Source: Macrostomum lignano (taxonomy: Eukaryota). Taken from it: a DNA stretch of 64,000 bases. The first letter of the stretch is position 1. Each line of letters begins with the position of its first letter. Below are positions 31,501 to 42,603 of the stretch, one piece after another. The stretch covers positions 1 to 64,000 of the forward strand of contig NIVC01002136.1 in the NCBI GenBank assembly GCA_002269645.1, written 5' to 3'. A program made the position numbers and the translations under genes. Under the pieces are notes generated by a model. The model was not told where the DNA came from, searched no databases, and saw only the letters and a program-made list of their open reading frames with translations.

Positions 31501-33559
31501 CATCTGCCCTGGCATTCTCCATCCTGTTTTCCGCAAGCCCAAACTACTTTGTGTGCCGTGTCAAAGGCCGCGCACTGGTCTGTATTATGAACTGATTGCA
31601 TAATCTGCTAATCCCGCATGCTTTGTTTTCTCGCACTGCTGCCACTCCAATTGAGATTAACTCCGGCCCTTCTGTGTGTTGATCTTAATCTTATTTTAGC
31701 TCATTTTCATGCTCTTATCTGGTGTACAGATCCATGCGGCATCACAGTCGCAGCATCCTTGTCGAATGGCTTAAACTCGAATGCCGCAAGTTGTTGCAGA
31801 CTCTGTTGTCCGATTCTTTTGCAATTACTTGCAAGAACCGACAGACAAAATCGGTTCTGTACTTTTGTGTTGATCCACTGCTGTCTGTGTGCTGCCCGCA
31901 TCATCCCCACAGTGTTTTAATAAAGAAGCACTGAGGGCATGTACTGTTAATATTTAGTAATTTCTATTATTAATTTTATTATGGAAATTAAAACCCGCTC
32001 TCTGTTTGCCCTACTGTAAGTAGTATTAAGAAGTGAAGCGCTACTGTAATTTATTATCTCTGTCTATATAAATGTTTTCTACTCAAAAACATAATCTTAA
32101 TTATTATCAATAATTCTGCAAAAAATCATTTGCTATGCAGCAATCAACAGGTTTTATTCTGAGGCCCAGCGCATACACATTATGCTAATGCCGCCGTATG
32201 TCCTTGTAAACTTGTGGTCTGCATATTTATAAAAAACCGAGTTTTCTTACTGTTTATTTCAAGCAAAGCCCTTGCTCCGTGTGTCGCTCTCTATTTATAA
32301 AAACAAAAGAAAAATTGCTGCAAAGTCTCAAATGGAATTGTTATAATAATTCTGGTCTCTGAGCAGTGACGAGCTGTGTACAATGCAAACTGCTGCCGAG
32401 TATGGCGTCTCAGTTTTCATTTTATTTCTTCACATTCGCTTAGACGGACCGCCTACTACTCAGTAGCGAGAAACGAATTTGAAACGAATTTCAGCTGAAG
32501 AGCGGGCCATTTCTGATGCGAATGACTTAATGCTTGAGGCGGTGGGAGAAGTGTTGCTTCCAGGTGGAGTCTGTGAAGACCGCCTTAAATGGTGATGATG
32601 AAAGAAGCAGGATTCGCTTCTACAAGAACGTTACCGTGACAATAATCGCTAAAGTTGCTCTCACCAGTGACTCTAGCGACTCTGGGGGCGTCACGGGAGG
32701 AATTGCAGAATCGTGAAAAAGTCCCAACAGTCGAGTTTCGCCTAACTTTCTACCAACTCAATGAAGACAATTTCATAAAATTCTGATTCGTTTTAGAGTC
32801 GTCCAGATTCAATTCTTTCGTATTTTACCTGTTCTACCTGCAAGTGACTCTCTGGGACGCTTTTTGGCCTCAGCTTCGGGAATTGCAGTGCGCAATCTGC
32901 ATTCCCTCATCGCCCCCACAGACAGAAGTAAGGCCAGCAATATTTGTTAATAATACTCGTATTCCGGATAGAGAAATTAATTTTCTGCATCGCACCTGAA
33001 GATACGCGCCTGCCAGGTGTTTTATGGCTCAGGCTCTACCATCTCTGCCCTCCAATGCCCAGGGTTTAAGACAGACAATGTCGTAAAATTAAATGATAAC
33101 TGAAATCCGTGTTGGCCGCCCTCTGCTTGGCTTAGTCAGGCTCGCGGTCACGGCGTTGCAGCTTGAGAGATTCAAGACGCTGCTTGGCTCGGCCGCTGAT
33201 TCGGCCAATTTAGAGGGGCCGCTGACAGTTCCCGACGAGCGTTGAGGATCTGAGGGGCGGAATCCCCCCCACCCGATTGCTGCAGCTTTCTGCTTGGGTG
33301 GGCCGGCCGCGGCACTTGGTGGGTTAAAAAGCCAGTGGAAAACTGCTGTGCGCCTTCACTCGATTTTACACAGCGGAACTGCGCGTACCGAGCTGAAGAA
33401 GCCAAGAATTCGGCCTATGCTAGCGCCGCCTCCCCTGGAGAAAAATATAAATTATGCTCGTGTTTTTAAGGGTGGCGGCGTCTGGGAATAAAGTTTCTGC
33501 ACTTGGAACATTCTTTGCTCAGCTTGTGAAGTCGTGAATGTTATTCGCTTTGTCTGTTA

Positions 33560-33787
33560 TGGGGCTGGCGCCCCTGGTGCTGGCGCCCCTGGTGCTGGCG
33601 CCCCTGGTGCTGGCGCCCCTGGTGCTGGCGCCCCTGGTGCTGGCGTTCCTGGTGCTGGCGCCCCTGGTGCTGGCGCCCCTGGTGCTGGCGCCCCTGGTGC
33701 TGGCGCCCCTTGTGCTGGCGCCCCTGGTGCTGGCGCCCCTGGTGCTGGCGCCCCTGGTGCTGGCGCCCCTGGTGCTGGCGCCCCTGG
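33560..33787 (+). repeat. 15-bp GC-rich minisatellite (GGCGCCCCTGGTGCT)
   Basis: About 15 near-perfect copies. Confidence 0.95.
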
Positions 33788-34119
33788 CATGCGGTCATAG
33801 TGACAGCAGTGAGTATGCATACATTTCGCTCATCGATCAGTGGTCAGTGTGTCACACTAACAACAATAGATTGTACAAAAAATAACCATATTTTTGTCAG
33901 TAAGAGGCCAACAGCATATTACAGTGCCCACTAAATTGCAGTCCTCAACTGAGCAATCAGGCAATCCTTGTGTTTGGCTGCACAGCTCCATCCTTGCCCT
34001 CCTTGCCCGGGGCCAGAGGCCGGAGAATGAAGATGATTTCTCTGATGTATGACATTTTTCAGTCCCTCAGAAAGGTCAACTAAACAGTTCACGCTTTGAA
34101 TCTGATCCCGATAGTCTTA

Positions 34120-34400
34120 ATCTGTCCACTCTGATAGTCTCACTCTATCCACCCTGAGAATCTCACTCTATCTACTCTGATAATCTCACTTTATCTACTC
34201 TGATAATCTCACTCTATCCAACCTGATAATCTCACTCCATCTACTCTGATAATCTCACTCTATTTACTTTGATAATCTCACCCTATCTACTCTGATAATC
34301 TCACTCTATCTACTCTGATAATCTCACTCTATCTATACTGATAATCTCACTATATCCATTCTGATAATCTCACTCAATCCATCCCGATAATCTCACTCTA
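34120..34400 (+). repeat. ~23-bp minisatellite (CTCTGATAATCTCACTCTATCTA)
   Basis: About 12 degenerate copies. Confidence 0.85.
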
Positions 34401-34957
34401 CCCACCAAGCGAGCTAAAGTGCGCAGCGGATATTCAAGAGAGATTGTCGCAAGCACTGCATGCCAGACATACTGACCTAAGAATTAATTTATGCAAGCCG
34501 ATATCTGCCGTAATGCAGATTCGCTAATTTCTAAAGCAAAATTTTCCCCAATCAGATTCGGGTCCAGACTGTCCAACATGGGATTTGAATAATTTTGTCT
34601 AAACTAAGTTTAGCATCCCCGTTTCCTTTTTGGCTAGTGGGGGCCTCCAGCTCCCCGCAGGTTGCCACTGGCCGTTTTGGCTCTATTTAAAGCGGATCAG
34701 ATCACGGAAGCGGCCCGAACTGATTCTTCTGCGCCAACCACCAGCGTTTCGACTTTCCTCAATGTTGGAGGGGGTTTTCAGCAGCTGCAGACGAACAAGG
34801 CTCGGTGATGGATTGCGTAATCAGGGCCTGCAATATCTGTCGCTAGACTTACAATGCTGCTTGCTGCGCTGTGTGGCAACCGCGGAACAAAAAGCTCTGC
34901 ATTCTGAGGTCGATGCGGCCTTGCCAGATGCTTTACAGGCTGACTGGGTCAGTGGGG

Positions 34958-35235
34958 TCTTGGGATTGTCAGTGGGATCTTGGGATTGTCAGTGGGATCT
35001 TGGGATTGTCAGTAGGATCTTGGGGAAACTTTTTGAAATCATAGTTTCTGTTTTTGTCTCAACCTTGGCAGTGGCATCCCTGACACACAACAGTGGGGCA
35101 CTCCTGACACACAACAGGGGCACTCCTGACACACAACAGTGGCACTGCTGACACACAACAGTGGCACTCCTGACACACAACAGTGGCACCACTGACACAC
35201 AACAGTGGCACTCCTGACACACCCCTGACACTCTC
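34958..35235 (+). repeat. Two short arrays: 20-bp (CAGTGGGATCTTGGGATTGT) and 22-bp (CTGACACACAACAGTGGCACTC)
   Basis: About 3 and about 7 copies respectively. Confidence 0.8.
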
Positions 35236-36086
35236 ACACTGTGTACAGCGCGGCCTCAGCTTTCTCACTCGGTGCCTTGGGGTTGGCAAGCTTCATCGTG
35301 GGTGTGAATCGAGGCAGCCAAACTGCAAATTAGTTTTGGAACAAATTGTAGAATTTTCTGACGTGTAAAGAGGGCCTTCCTTCTCTAGCAACTGCCCCGT
35401 CGCATCTTGAAATTAACTAAACAATAGTTGAGAATAGCTCAGAGGGACGGGCGCATTGGAGCGGGGCTGACTCTCGCACAACCTACTATTGAGAACTGGT
35501 CAAATATAAACTGAGTCTGTATTACGTAATCAGCCTCGGGACTCAATTGTTATTGGCATAATATCTATAAGTGTCCAAGTGGACACAGAATGCTGGCTCC
35601 GCGCTGGGCTCAATGCTTTCTTTACAAGCTAATTTGTCTGCTTTTCGTGAGCACGGTGTGCTAATTGGACAGTTGATCTGGCGCGAGGGATCGGATTTTT
35701 CCCGACCTCTGGCCCACTTCTAGAAAAAGCTGACTCCCGCACTCAGACACACGCTCACACAGAGTGTAAAGCAGCCCTGACTTTCTAATCATCAGGCATG
35801 TACACTTCTCTGTGCCTTGGGGCTGGCCCTCATGAGTGTTAATTGCGAACGCAGCAAAAAGCCGCCCCAGTTTCCAGTCCAGATGTCTAATATTAGGCGT
35901 CCCTGGCCGCGCACGTAGAGAATCGCAGAGAGAGGCTCTGGTTGGCTGGCCAGCTCTCAGACTGGGGGCAGGTGGGGGTCAGTGGGTCACAGGGCCAGCC
36001 GTATTAAGATCAAGCAGTTGCTGCACAGCAACCAGAGACTACGGCGGCATCTGGGCAGTGAAAGAAGGCCTTCAACTAGAAGCAAA

Positions 36087-39000
36087 ATGCCGCACAGAAC
36101 TTGTCTGCAACTTGTCTGCTTTCCGGCACTGTTGCTGCTTGCAGCCCTCTTTGCCCATCACAATTGTCTCGGCCAGCCAGTCAGCGTCTCGGCCAGGGTG
36201 CTGCATCCCACCGGCCGGCTCCGGGTGGGCGACACTGTCCGGATCGAGTGCACCGTGTCCGGACACCGGCCGAGCCTGGCCGTCCGACTCCGCTGTCCGA
36301 TCGCCAGCCTGGTGGACAACTGCTTGGAGAACTGCAACCGCGTGTGCGCCGATCCCGCCGTCTGCGCCGAGGAGCCGCGCCTCCGACAGGTCGCTTGCGC
36401 AGTGGTGGACCGCCGCAACGGCACCGTCACCTACGCCTACAACATCAACAACGTGGACACCGACTTCAGCGGCGACTGGCAGTGCCGGCACCTCGGCGCC
36501 TCCAGCCGGCCGCAGGCGCTGCGGGTGTTCCAGCGACCGCGAATTCTCGGCGTTGCTTTCAACACCTCCGGCGGCGCGGTGCCCGAGTCCCAGCCGGTTG
36601 AGGCCGTCTGCGTCGCCGACACCGACCCGCTGGCCGGCCGGCTCCAATTCGACTGGCTGCGCGTCGATGCGGCCACCGGGCAGAAGGTCGATCTGCCAAG
36701 CGGCCGGCAGTTCGTCGTCGACTCCGTCAACGCCACGGCTTCACGGCTGCTGCTGCGGCACGCCGGCCGGTCGGACAAGGGCGAATTCGTCTGCCGGGCG
36801 CGCAACCCGGCCGGCGGCGAGGACCAGCGGCTCGCCCGGCTGGCCGTCGCCCACCCGCCGTCCGCCGTCCGTCTGGTGGTCGGGGCGGCGGACCCGCAGC
36901 CGGCGGGCGCCCGATTGCCGCTGGACTGCCTGGTGGAGGGCGGCTACCCCGCCAACCAGGTCGCCAGGTACTACCGTCGACGGCCAGGGACTCCGGCAGC
37001 GGCCGAAGGCGAGGCGGACGGAGAGGAGGTTCAGCCGCCGGTGACGCTGCAGGCGGCCGACAATGGTGCCGAGTTTTTCTGCTGCGCCGGCGGCGTCTGC
37101 AGCCGTCGCCAGTCGATCGGTGTCAACTTCCCGCCGGATGGCGGCAGCGGCATCGGCGGTGTCGGGCTGTCACTGGAGAGCGTCGGGCCGGCGGAGGAGG
37201 CGGTCGAGGAGGGCTCCGACTGGCTGTTCGACTGCGAGGCCGCCGCGCCCAGCAACCCGGTGAGCCGCCTGAGCTGGTCTCTGGTGGAACCATCGGGCCG
37301 GGTGCGCCACCTGCCCGACGCTGAGGCCGCCGCCACGGTGACAGGTGACCAGGTGCCGGACGGCCCGTCGGGACTCCGAGCTCGCAGCCGGCTGGTCCTG
37401 CGCGCCAACCGTCGGCTGAGCGGCGCCGACCTGCGCTGCAGCCTCACCTTCTCCGGTCAAGTCCTCGCCGAGCGCCGGCGCCGACTTCGAGTCGCTTTCC
37501 CTCCGTCAGGAGTGACGATGGAGGTCGCCGACGGACCTGCCTCGTCGGATGTCGGCGTTGCGCCGGGAGGCCACCTGCGGCTCGTCTGCCGCGTCGCCGA
37601 ATCCGAGCCGCCAGCCCGCGTCAGCTGGTGGCGCCGGCGCCCCCGGCGACTGCCGACTGGCGACTGGCCAGCCGCGGCTTCGTCGTCGACGACCAACCTG
37701 ACGGCGCTGGCGACCAGCCGGCTGGCGCAGTCGGCGGACGGCGAGTTCCCCGGAAGCCGGCTGATCAGCGAGCTGACGGTGCCGGACACCGGCCTGGATG
37801 CCCACGGCGACGTCTATGAGTGCTCGGCCGCGCACCTGGCACTGCGGCCCGGCGCCATTGTGGCTGCTCAGCTGACGGTGCGCATTCAGCACCCGCCGAG
37901 TGTCTCCGTCAGTGTCCAGCCGGCCGCAGCGGTCGAGGGCGGCTCAGTGGTGATCGTCTGCGACGCCGAGGGCGGCTGGCCGCTCGCTGATTCGACGGCA
38001 ACCGTTGAGTGGCGACACCAGCCAGCGGCGCCGTCGGGGGCGTCAGAGCGTCGGCTGGACAGCGGGGCGCGGGTGCTGCGCATCGCCAAGACCGACTGGC
38101 GGGACGCAGGGCTGTACACCTGCGCCGTCCGGACGCGCGACGACCTGCCGCAGGGCGTTGGCACCGCCACATTGTCGCTACTGCACCCACCGAGACCCCT
38201 GAGGCTATTCGACGACATTGACGATGGCGATGCTGAGGTCGGCCTGACCTCCTCCGACGTCGGCGAGCCGGCCAGGCTGCTAGTTCGGGCCGAGGCGAAT
38301 CCGCCGGCCGAGGCGCTCGAATGGCGGCGCCTCAGCGACAACGGCGAGTCGCCGATGTCGCCGCAGCAGCCGATGCCGCGAGGTCGCAGCTTCGCCAGGC
38401 CGAGCCATGGCGAGTTCGGCCTCGCCATCGACTCGGTGCGACGGAGCGACTTCGGCCTCTACGTCTGCCTGCTGGCCAACTCGCTCGGCCGGCGCCGCTT
38501 CCGCGTCCTCCTGGCGCCGCCCGGACCGCCTCGGCCGCCGCGCCGTCTCCGATTGGCCGCCCCAGCAACCGCCGTCTCGGCCAGGGTGACCTGGCAGTCC
38601 GGCCACAGCGGCGGTCAGCCGCAGACTTTTCAGCTGCAGTGGCGCCGCGCCAACCACCCCGACTGGCCGGTGGCCGGCCTGCAGCTGTCCGGCCTGGCCG
38701 ACCCGGGTGAGGGTCAAACGGTCGAGGCGGACCTGTCCGGACTCGAACCCGCGACCTCGTACGCTGTCCGGGTTCGGGCGGTAGCCGTCAGGCGGTTCGG
38801 TCCGAGCCCTTGGACATCGCCGGAGCTGAGCTTCGTCACAAAGCCGCTGCCGACCATCGCTGCGGCCTCCCTGCGGCTGTCTGGCTGCTGTCGTCTCGAG
38901 TTCGAACCCCCGGCGCCGACTGAGTCCTTCACGCGGGTGACGGCACGGCTGTGCCCAGCTGGAGTTGTCAGCGGCGGCGGCGGCTGCCGACACCTGCCGC

Positions 39001-39794
39001 TGCCCGCCGAGGCCGTGCGGCGCGGCGCCGCAGAGTTGGACAAGGCGGGCGCTGCGGCCGACTACCGAGTGTCCCTGGTGGTCTGGGACCGCAACGTCAG
39101 CGTGTTCGAGACGCCGCAGCTCAGCGTCAGGGACGGCCGCAGCGTCGGCGGCGAAGGCGGTCGCGGAGGTCGCCAGCAGCCGCCGCCGTCGGTGCCGGGA
39201 GCCCCGCCGTCGGACCTGCTATTCGGCGCCCTGGCCGGAGCCGCCGTAGCCACCGTCGCCCTGGTGGCCGCCTGCGGAGTCGCCGCCGCGCTGCGCTGCC
39301 GTCAGCGGCGCCGGAGAGGCCGTTTGGCGCGGGCAGCGGCCGCCGCTGCCGGCCTTCAGCAGCAGCAGCTGCGGCACCCGTTGAGAAGCGCCACGGGGGT
39401 CAGCCTGGACGCCATGCTGCAGCAGTGCTCCGGCCCGCCGACCATGGAGATTCCGCCGCCGCCGCCGCCGCCGCCGCCGCTGCCGGCGCAGATGCCACCG
39501 GATGTCATCCGCAACGACTGGTGCTGGAGCTGCTCGCTGCAGCCGCCGGCCTCCGCTGCGCAGCTTCATCACCAGCATCACCAGCATCACCAGCATCACC
39601 AGCATCACCAGCAGCCGCACCAGTTCTGCCCGGTGTTCGTTGCCACGCCGTCTCTGCCAGCCACCAGTGCGACCACAGCCGGGACGGGGAGTCGCAGCCT
39701 CTGCGGCACTCCGCAGCCGCCTCTGCTGCGCCCGCAGCCGCGCTTGGCCACTGAGCAGCGTCCGACCGACGACGAGGCGGTGCCGTTCGACTGA
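36087..39794 (+). CDS. Intronless single-pass Ig-superfamily adhesion receptor (about 6-7 Ig domains + FN3), nephrin/sidestep/echinoid-like (~1235 aa)
   Basis: Signal peptide (PALLLLAALFAHHNCLG). Ig motifs C...W...D.G.Y.C (DKGEFVCRARN, HGDVYECSAAH, DAGLYTCAVR, DFGLYVCLLANSLG). FN3 with VTWQSGHSGGQPQTF and LEPATSYAVRVRA. Hydrophobic TM (LLFGALAGAAVATVALVAACGVAAAL) followed by a basic stop-transfer RCRQRRRR. ATG chosen at 36087. Confidence 0.88.
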   Translation: MPHRTCLQLVCFPALLLLAALFAHHNCLGQPVSVSARVLHPTGRLRVGDTVRIECTVSGHRPSLAVRLRCPIASLVDNCLENCNRVCADPAVCAEEPRLRQVACAVVDRRNGTVTYAYNINNVDTDFSGDWQCRHLGASSRPQALRVFQRPRILGVAFNTSGGAVPESQPVEAVCVADTDPLAGRLQFDWLRVDAATGQKVDLPSGRQFVVDSVNATASRLLLRHAGRSDKGEFVCRARNPAGGEDQRLARLAVAHPPSAVRLVVGAADPQPAGARLPLDCLVEGGYPANQVARYYRRRPGTPAAAEGEADGEEVQPPVTLQAADNGAEFFCCAGGVCSRRQSIGVNFPPDGGSGIGGVGLSLESVGPAEEAVEEGSDWLFDCEAAAPSNPVSRLSWSLVEPSGRVRHLPDAEAAATVTGDQVPDGPSGLRARSRLVLRANRRLSGADLRCSLTFSGQVLAERRRRLRVAFPPSGVTMEVADGPASSDVGVAPGGHLRLVCRVAESEPPARVSWWRRRPRRLPTGDWPAAASSSTTNLTALATSRLAQSADGEFPGSRLISELTVPDTGLDAHGDVYECSAAHLALRPGAIVAAQLTVRIQHPPSVSVSVQPAAAVEGGSVVIVCDAEGGWPLADSTATVEWRHQPAAPSGASERRLDSGARVLRIAKTDWRDAGLYTCAVRTRDDLPQGVGTATLSLLHPPRPLRLFDDIDDGDAEVGLTSSDVGEPARLLVRAEANPPAEALEWRRLSDNGESPMSPQQPMPRGRSFARPSHGEFGLAIDSVRRSDFGLYVCLLANSLGRRRFRVLLAPPGPPRPPRRLRLAAPATAVSARVTWQSGHSGGQPQTFQLQWRRANHPDWPVAGLQLSGLADPGEGQTVEADLSGLEPATSYAVRVRAVAVRRFGPSPWTSPELSFVTKPLPTIAAASLRLSGCCRLEFEPPAPTESFTRVTARLCPAGVVSGGGGCRHLPLPAEAVRRGAAELDKAGAAADYRVSLVVWDRNVSVFETPQLSVRDGRSVGGEGGRGGRQQPPPSVPGAPPSDLLFGALAGAAVATVALVAACGVAAALRCRQRRRRGRLARAAAAAAGLQQQQLRHPLRSATGVSLDAMLQQCSGPPTMEIPPPPPPPPPLPAQMPPDVIRNDWCWSCSLQPPASAAQLHHQHHQHHQHHQHHQQPHQFCPVFVATPSLPATSATTAGTGSRSLCGTPQPPLLRPQPRLATEQRPTDDEAVPFD

Positions 39795-39934
39795 CGATGC
39801 CGAAATCTTGACTGACTCATTTGAGTAAAAAAATATTTCTTTTTAGTTTCTGAAATTGCTGTCTCCATCCTGAGGTAGTTATTGGAAAATTTTTGAAGAA
39901 ATTTTCGAAAAGAGGCAACTCCCGAGGAGATCTC

Positions 39935-40090
39935 CAGGGAAGGAATTCCCAATTAATCCTCCCGAGGGAAGGAATTCCCAATTAATCCTCCCAGTGAGGG
40001 AACTCTCAATTAGTCCTCCCAGTGAGGGAATTCCCAAACAGATTCCTAGAGGGGGAAGATCCGAAAATACCCTAGTGAGGGAATTCCCCA
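39935..40090. repeat. Short degenerate ~30-bp repeat containing the palindrome GGGAATTCCC, downstream of the Ig gene
   Basis: GAAGGAATTCCCAATTAATCCTCCC-like unit, 4-5 copies. Confidence 0.6.
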
Positions 40091-40485
40091 TTTTTTCCAA
40101 GAAAAGAATTCCCGAGGAGCTCCCGAGAATCTCAAACCATCGTTGAGTCTCAGGGTTCGTTGCTTTGTCGCATTTCCCCTGGATTCTCAGCAATTTTGTC
40201 AGTAAAAAAGGCAATAATTCAGTTTTCTTCATTTTTAAAGTGGCTCATTTCATGCACCTAATCAGGCAATAAAACTCACCTGAGCCACCAGCTCTGACTG
40301 AAATTCCATTCCACCTACCTGCTTTGAGTTTGAAACTGGGTACTGTACAATTTATAACAAAATCGAACACATTTTAGATGCTCGCAATAGACTTGAATTG
40401 CTCCGCCACCTAGCAGCCAGTGATCTACCGCCTTTTTGTTTGAACTTTCACGTTTTTATGCTGATAAGCAGGCGAGTTGCTAAGC

Positions 40486-40935
40486 TGTCTAGTTGCTAGG
40501 CTGTCTAGTTGCTAAGCTGTCTAGTTGCTAAGCTGTCTAGTTGCTAAGCTGTCTAGTTGCTAAGCTGTCTAGTTGCTAAGCTGTCTAGTTGCTAAGCTGT
40601 CTAGTTGCTAAGCTGTCTAGTTGCTAAGCTGTCTAGTTGCTAAGCTGTCTAGTTGCTAAGCTGTCTAGTTGCTAAGCTGTCTAGTTGCTAAGCTGTCTAG
40701 TTGCTAAGCTGTTTAGTTGCTAAGCTGTCTAGTTGCTAAGCTGTCTAGTTGCTAAGCTGTCTAGTTGCTAAGCTGTCTAGTTGCTAAGCTGTCTAGTTGC
40801 TAGGCGGTCTAGTTGCTAAGCTGTCTAGTTGCTAAGCTGTCTAGTTGCTAAGCTGTCTAGTTGCTAAGCTGTCTAGTTGCTAAGCTGTCTCGTTGCTAGG
40901 CAGGCTAGTTGCTAAGCTGTCTCGTTGCTAGGCTG
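40486..40935 (+). repeat. 16-bp minisatellite (GTTGCTAAGCTGTCTA)
   Basis: About 28 copies. Confidence 0.95.
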
Positions 40936-41689
40936 AATTGCCTTAGATTTTGTTACGATTCAGAAAAAGCAGAAATTTGACAGTCAAGCCGCTGTCCTCG
41001 AACTCGCACCACCTCCCCCTCAAGAAAGCTGTCGAGCTGCTGTGTGGTGTCGAGAAGCTATGAACACGCAGCACTAGTTGGTCCATTTTTTCTGCTTTCG
41101 CAAGAAGTGACTGATGCTACGCCGCATTGACGACAGGCCACCAGATGGCGCTTGTCAAGGATTTCTATTAGCTTCAGCATCTGGACTGGAAGGAGCCTGG
41201 TAGTTTAATAAAATCATGCTGCAGAAAAACTCGGCCTACAGTTGTATGAATATAGGGTCTTGGGAACAGCCACGACTCCCGGCTCTGGTTCTGGGAGTCC
41301 TTGTAGAGGTGATAACGATTTTTCGCCATCCTCCAGTCCAGATGCTTCTTATCTTCCAGGCAGTCCTTGGCCAAATCCTTTTTCGGTGGGAGTTGGGGAA
41401 CAGCGAATCGCCACTAGCAACCGAGGGGGGAGGAAGCGGCATGGGAGACGAATTAGAGAGACACCCAACGACTGCCATGTATGGAGGGGATTTCACTAAA
41501 TGGCTGGCAACAGACAAAACCATTAGCTCGCAAAGTTTTGCTGTTTTGCTGCCACAAGAATAAGAAGAACAAGAAACTGCAGCAGCAATGCGAGCTGGAT
41601 AAAGAATGTCTTTCCGTAGCGGTCAGACTGAATGTACTTTTAGAGTTTTGTAATTCACTGTTCTATTCGGGGAGGGTGGGAGTTGGTGC

Positions 41690-41900
41690 CTTGTCTTTTA
41701 GTGCCTTGTCTTTTAGTGCCTGTCTTTTAGTGCCTGTCTTTTAGTGCCTGTCTTTTAGTGCCTGTCTTTTAGTGCCTGTCTTTTAGTGCCTGTCTTTTAG
41801 TGCCTGTCTTTTAGTGCCTGTCTTTTAGTGCCTGTCTTTTAGTGTCTGTCTTTTAGTTTCTGTATTTTAGTGCCTGTCTTTTAGTGCCTGTCTTTTATTG
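41690..41900 (+). repeat. 14-bp minisatellite (TAGTGCCTGTCTTT)
   Basis: About 14 copies. Confidence 0.92.
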
Positions 41901-42167
41901 CCTGTCCTGCAGTGCCCGCCTCCCCGCCTGTACTAAGGCCAGCTGGTTTCAATTAGTTAACAATTGAGTTAAGTAATCATCTGATGCAGACAGAAATTGG
42001 GGCATCAGAGACTGTGCGTGACAGAAATTTATTTGACTAGCAGGTGGGAGCAATACGCTGGGGAAATATTGACGCAGTAAATGTGCTTTTATTATATTGT
42101 CCTGTGATATTACGCGAGACAATTAAGCTCATAGTCGCCTCAAACTTCACTCGAACCGGAGGCTGGG

Positions 42168-42603
42168 TCAGCCGATGGGGCAAGCGCGGCGGTCGTACAT
42201 GCGGCAGCGCTTGACCAGTTGAAGCAGCAGGTTGGCGTTGGTGAGCTCTGCAATTAAGTTGAAGTTGAAACTGGGGGTCTCAGACGACTCTCGTGTGATT
42301 CCCAGCAATGATGGCAGACACCCAATGCTCAGATACTGTAAATGTCTGACGATTAGAAAGCCGGGCCCGCCGTACACGCTGTGTGAGCGTGTGGATGAGT
42401 GCGTGTGCTCGGGGGTCAGCCTCCTGCAACTATTATAGTGAATATTATCATTTACCTTCACTATCCCCAGACAGCGGCAGACCCGAAGCGCCGGCAGTGT
42501 CAGAATTGACACCTGGAATTGGTGCCGCGTCCACCTCTGCTTTTAGAAGAAGAATTACAGCAGAAACTGACAGCAATAAAATGAAGTTGAAAGCTCGCGG
42601 CAT
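42168..42603 (-). CDS. Putative small secreted peptide (neuropeptide-like) precursor; exons 42603-42456 and 42247-42168 (75 aa)
   Basis: MPRAFNFILLLSVSAVILLLKAEVDA reads as a signal peptide. G|GTAAAT donor and TTAATTGCAG| acceptor are both phase 1, giving ...DSEELTNANLLLQLVKR-CRMYDRRACPIG*. Confidence 0.55.

Noticed and set aside
36072-39754. Numerous overlapping alternative-frame and antisense ORFs within the Ig gene (similarly within PP4R3, EFCAB6-like and the Pur-like gene)
   Set aside because: These are expected shadows of very GC-rich coding sequence with few stop codons.
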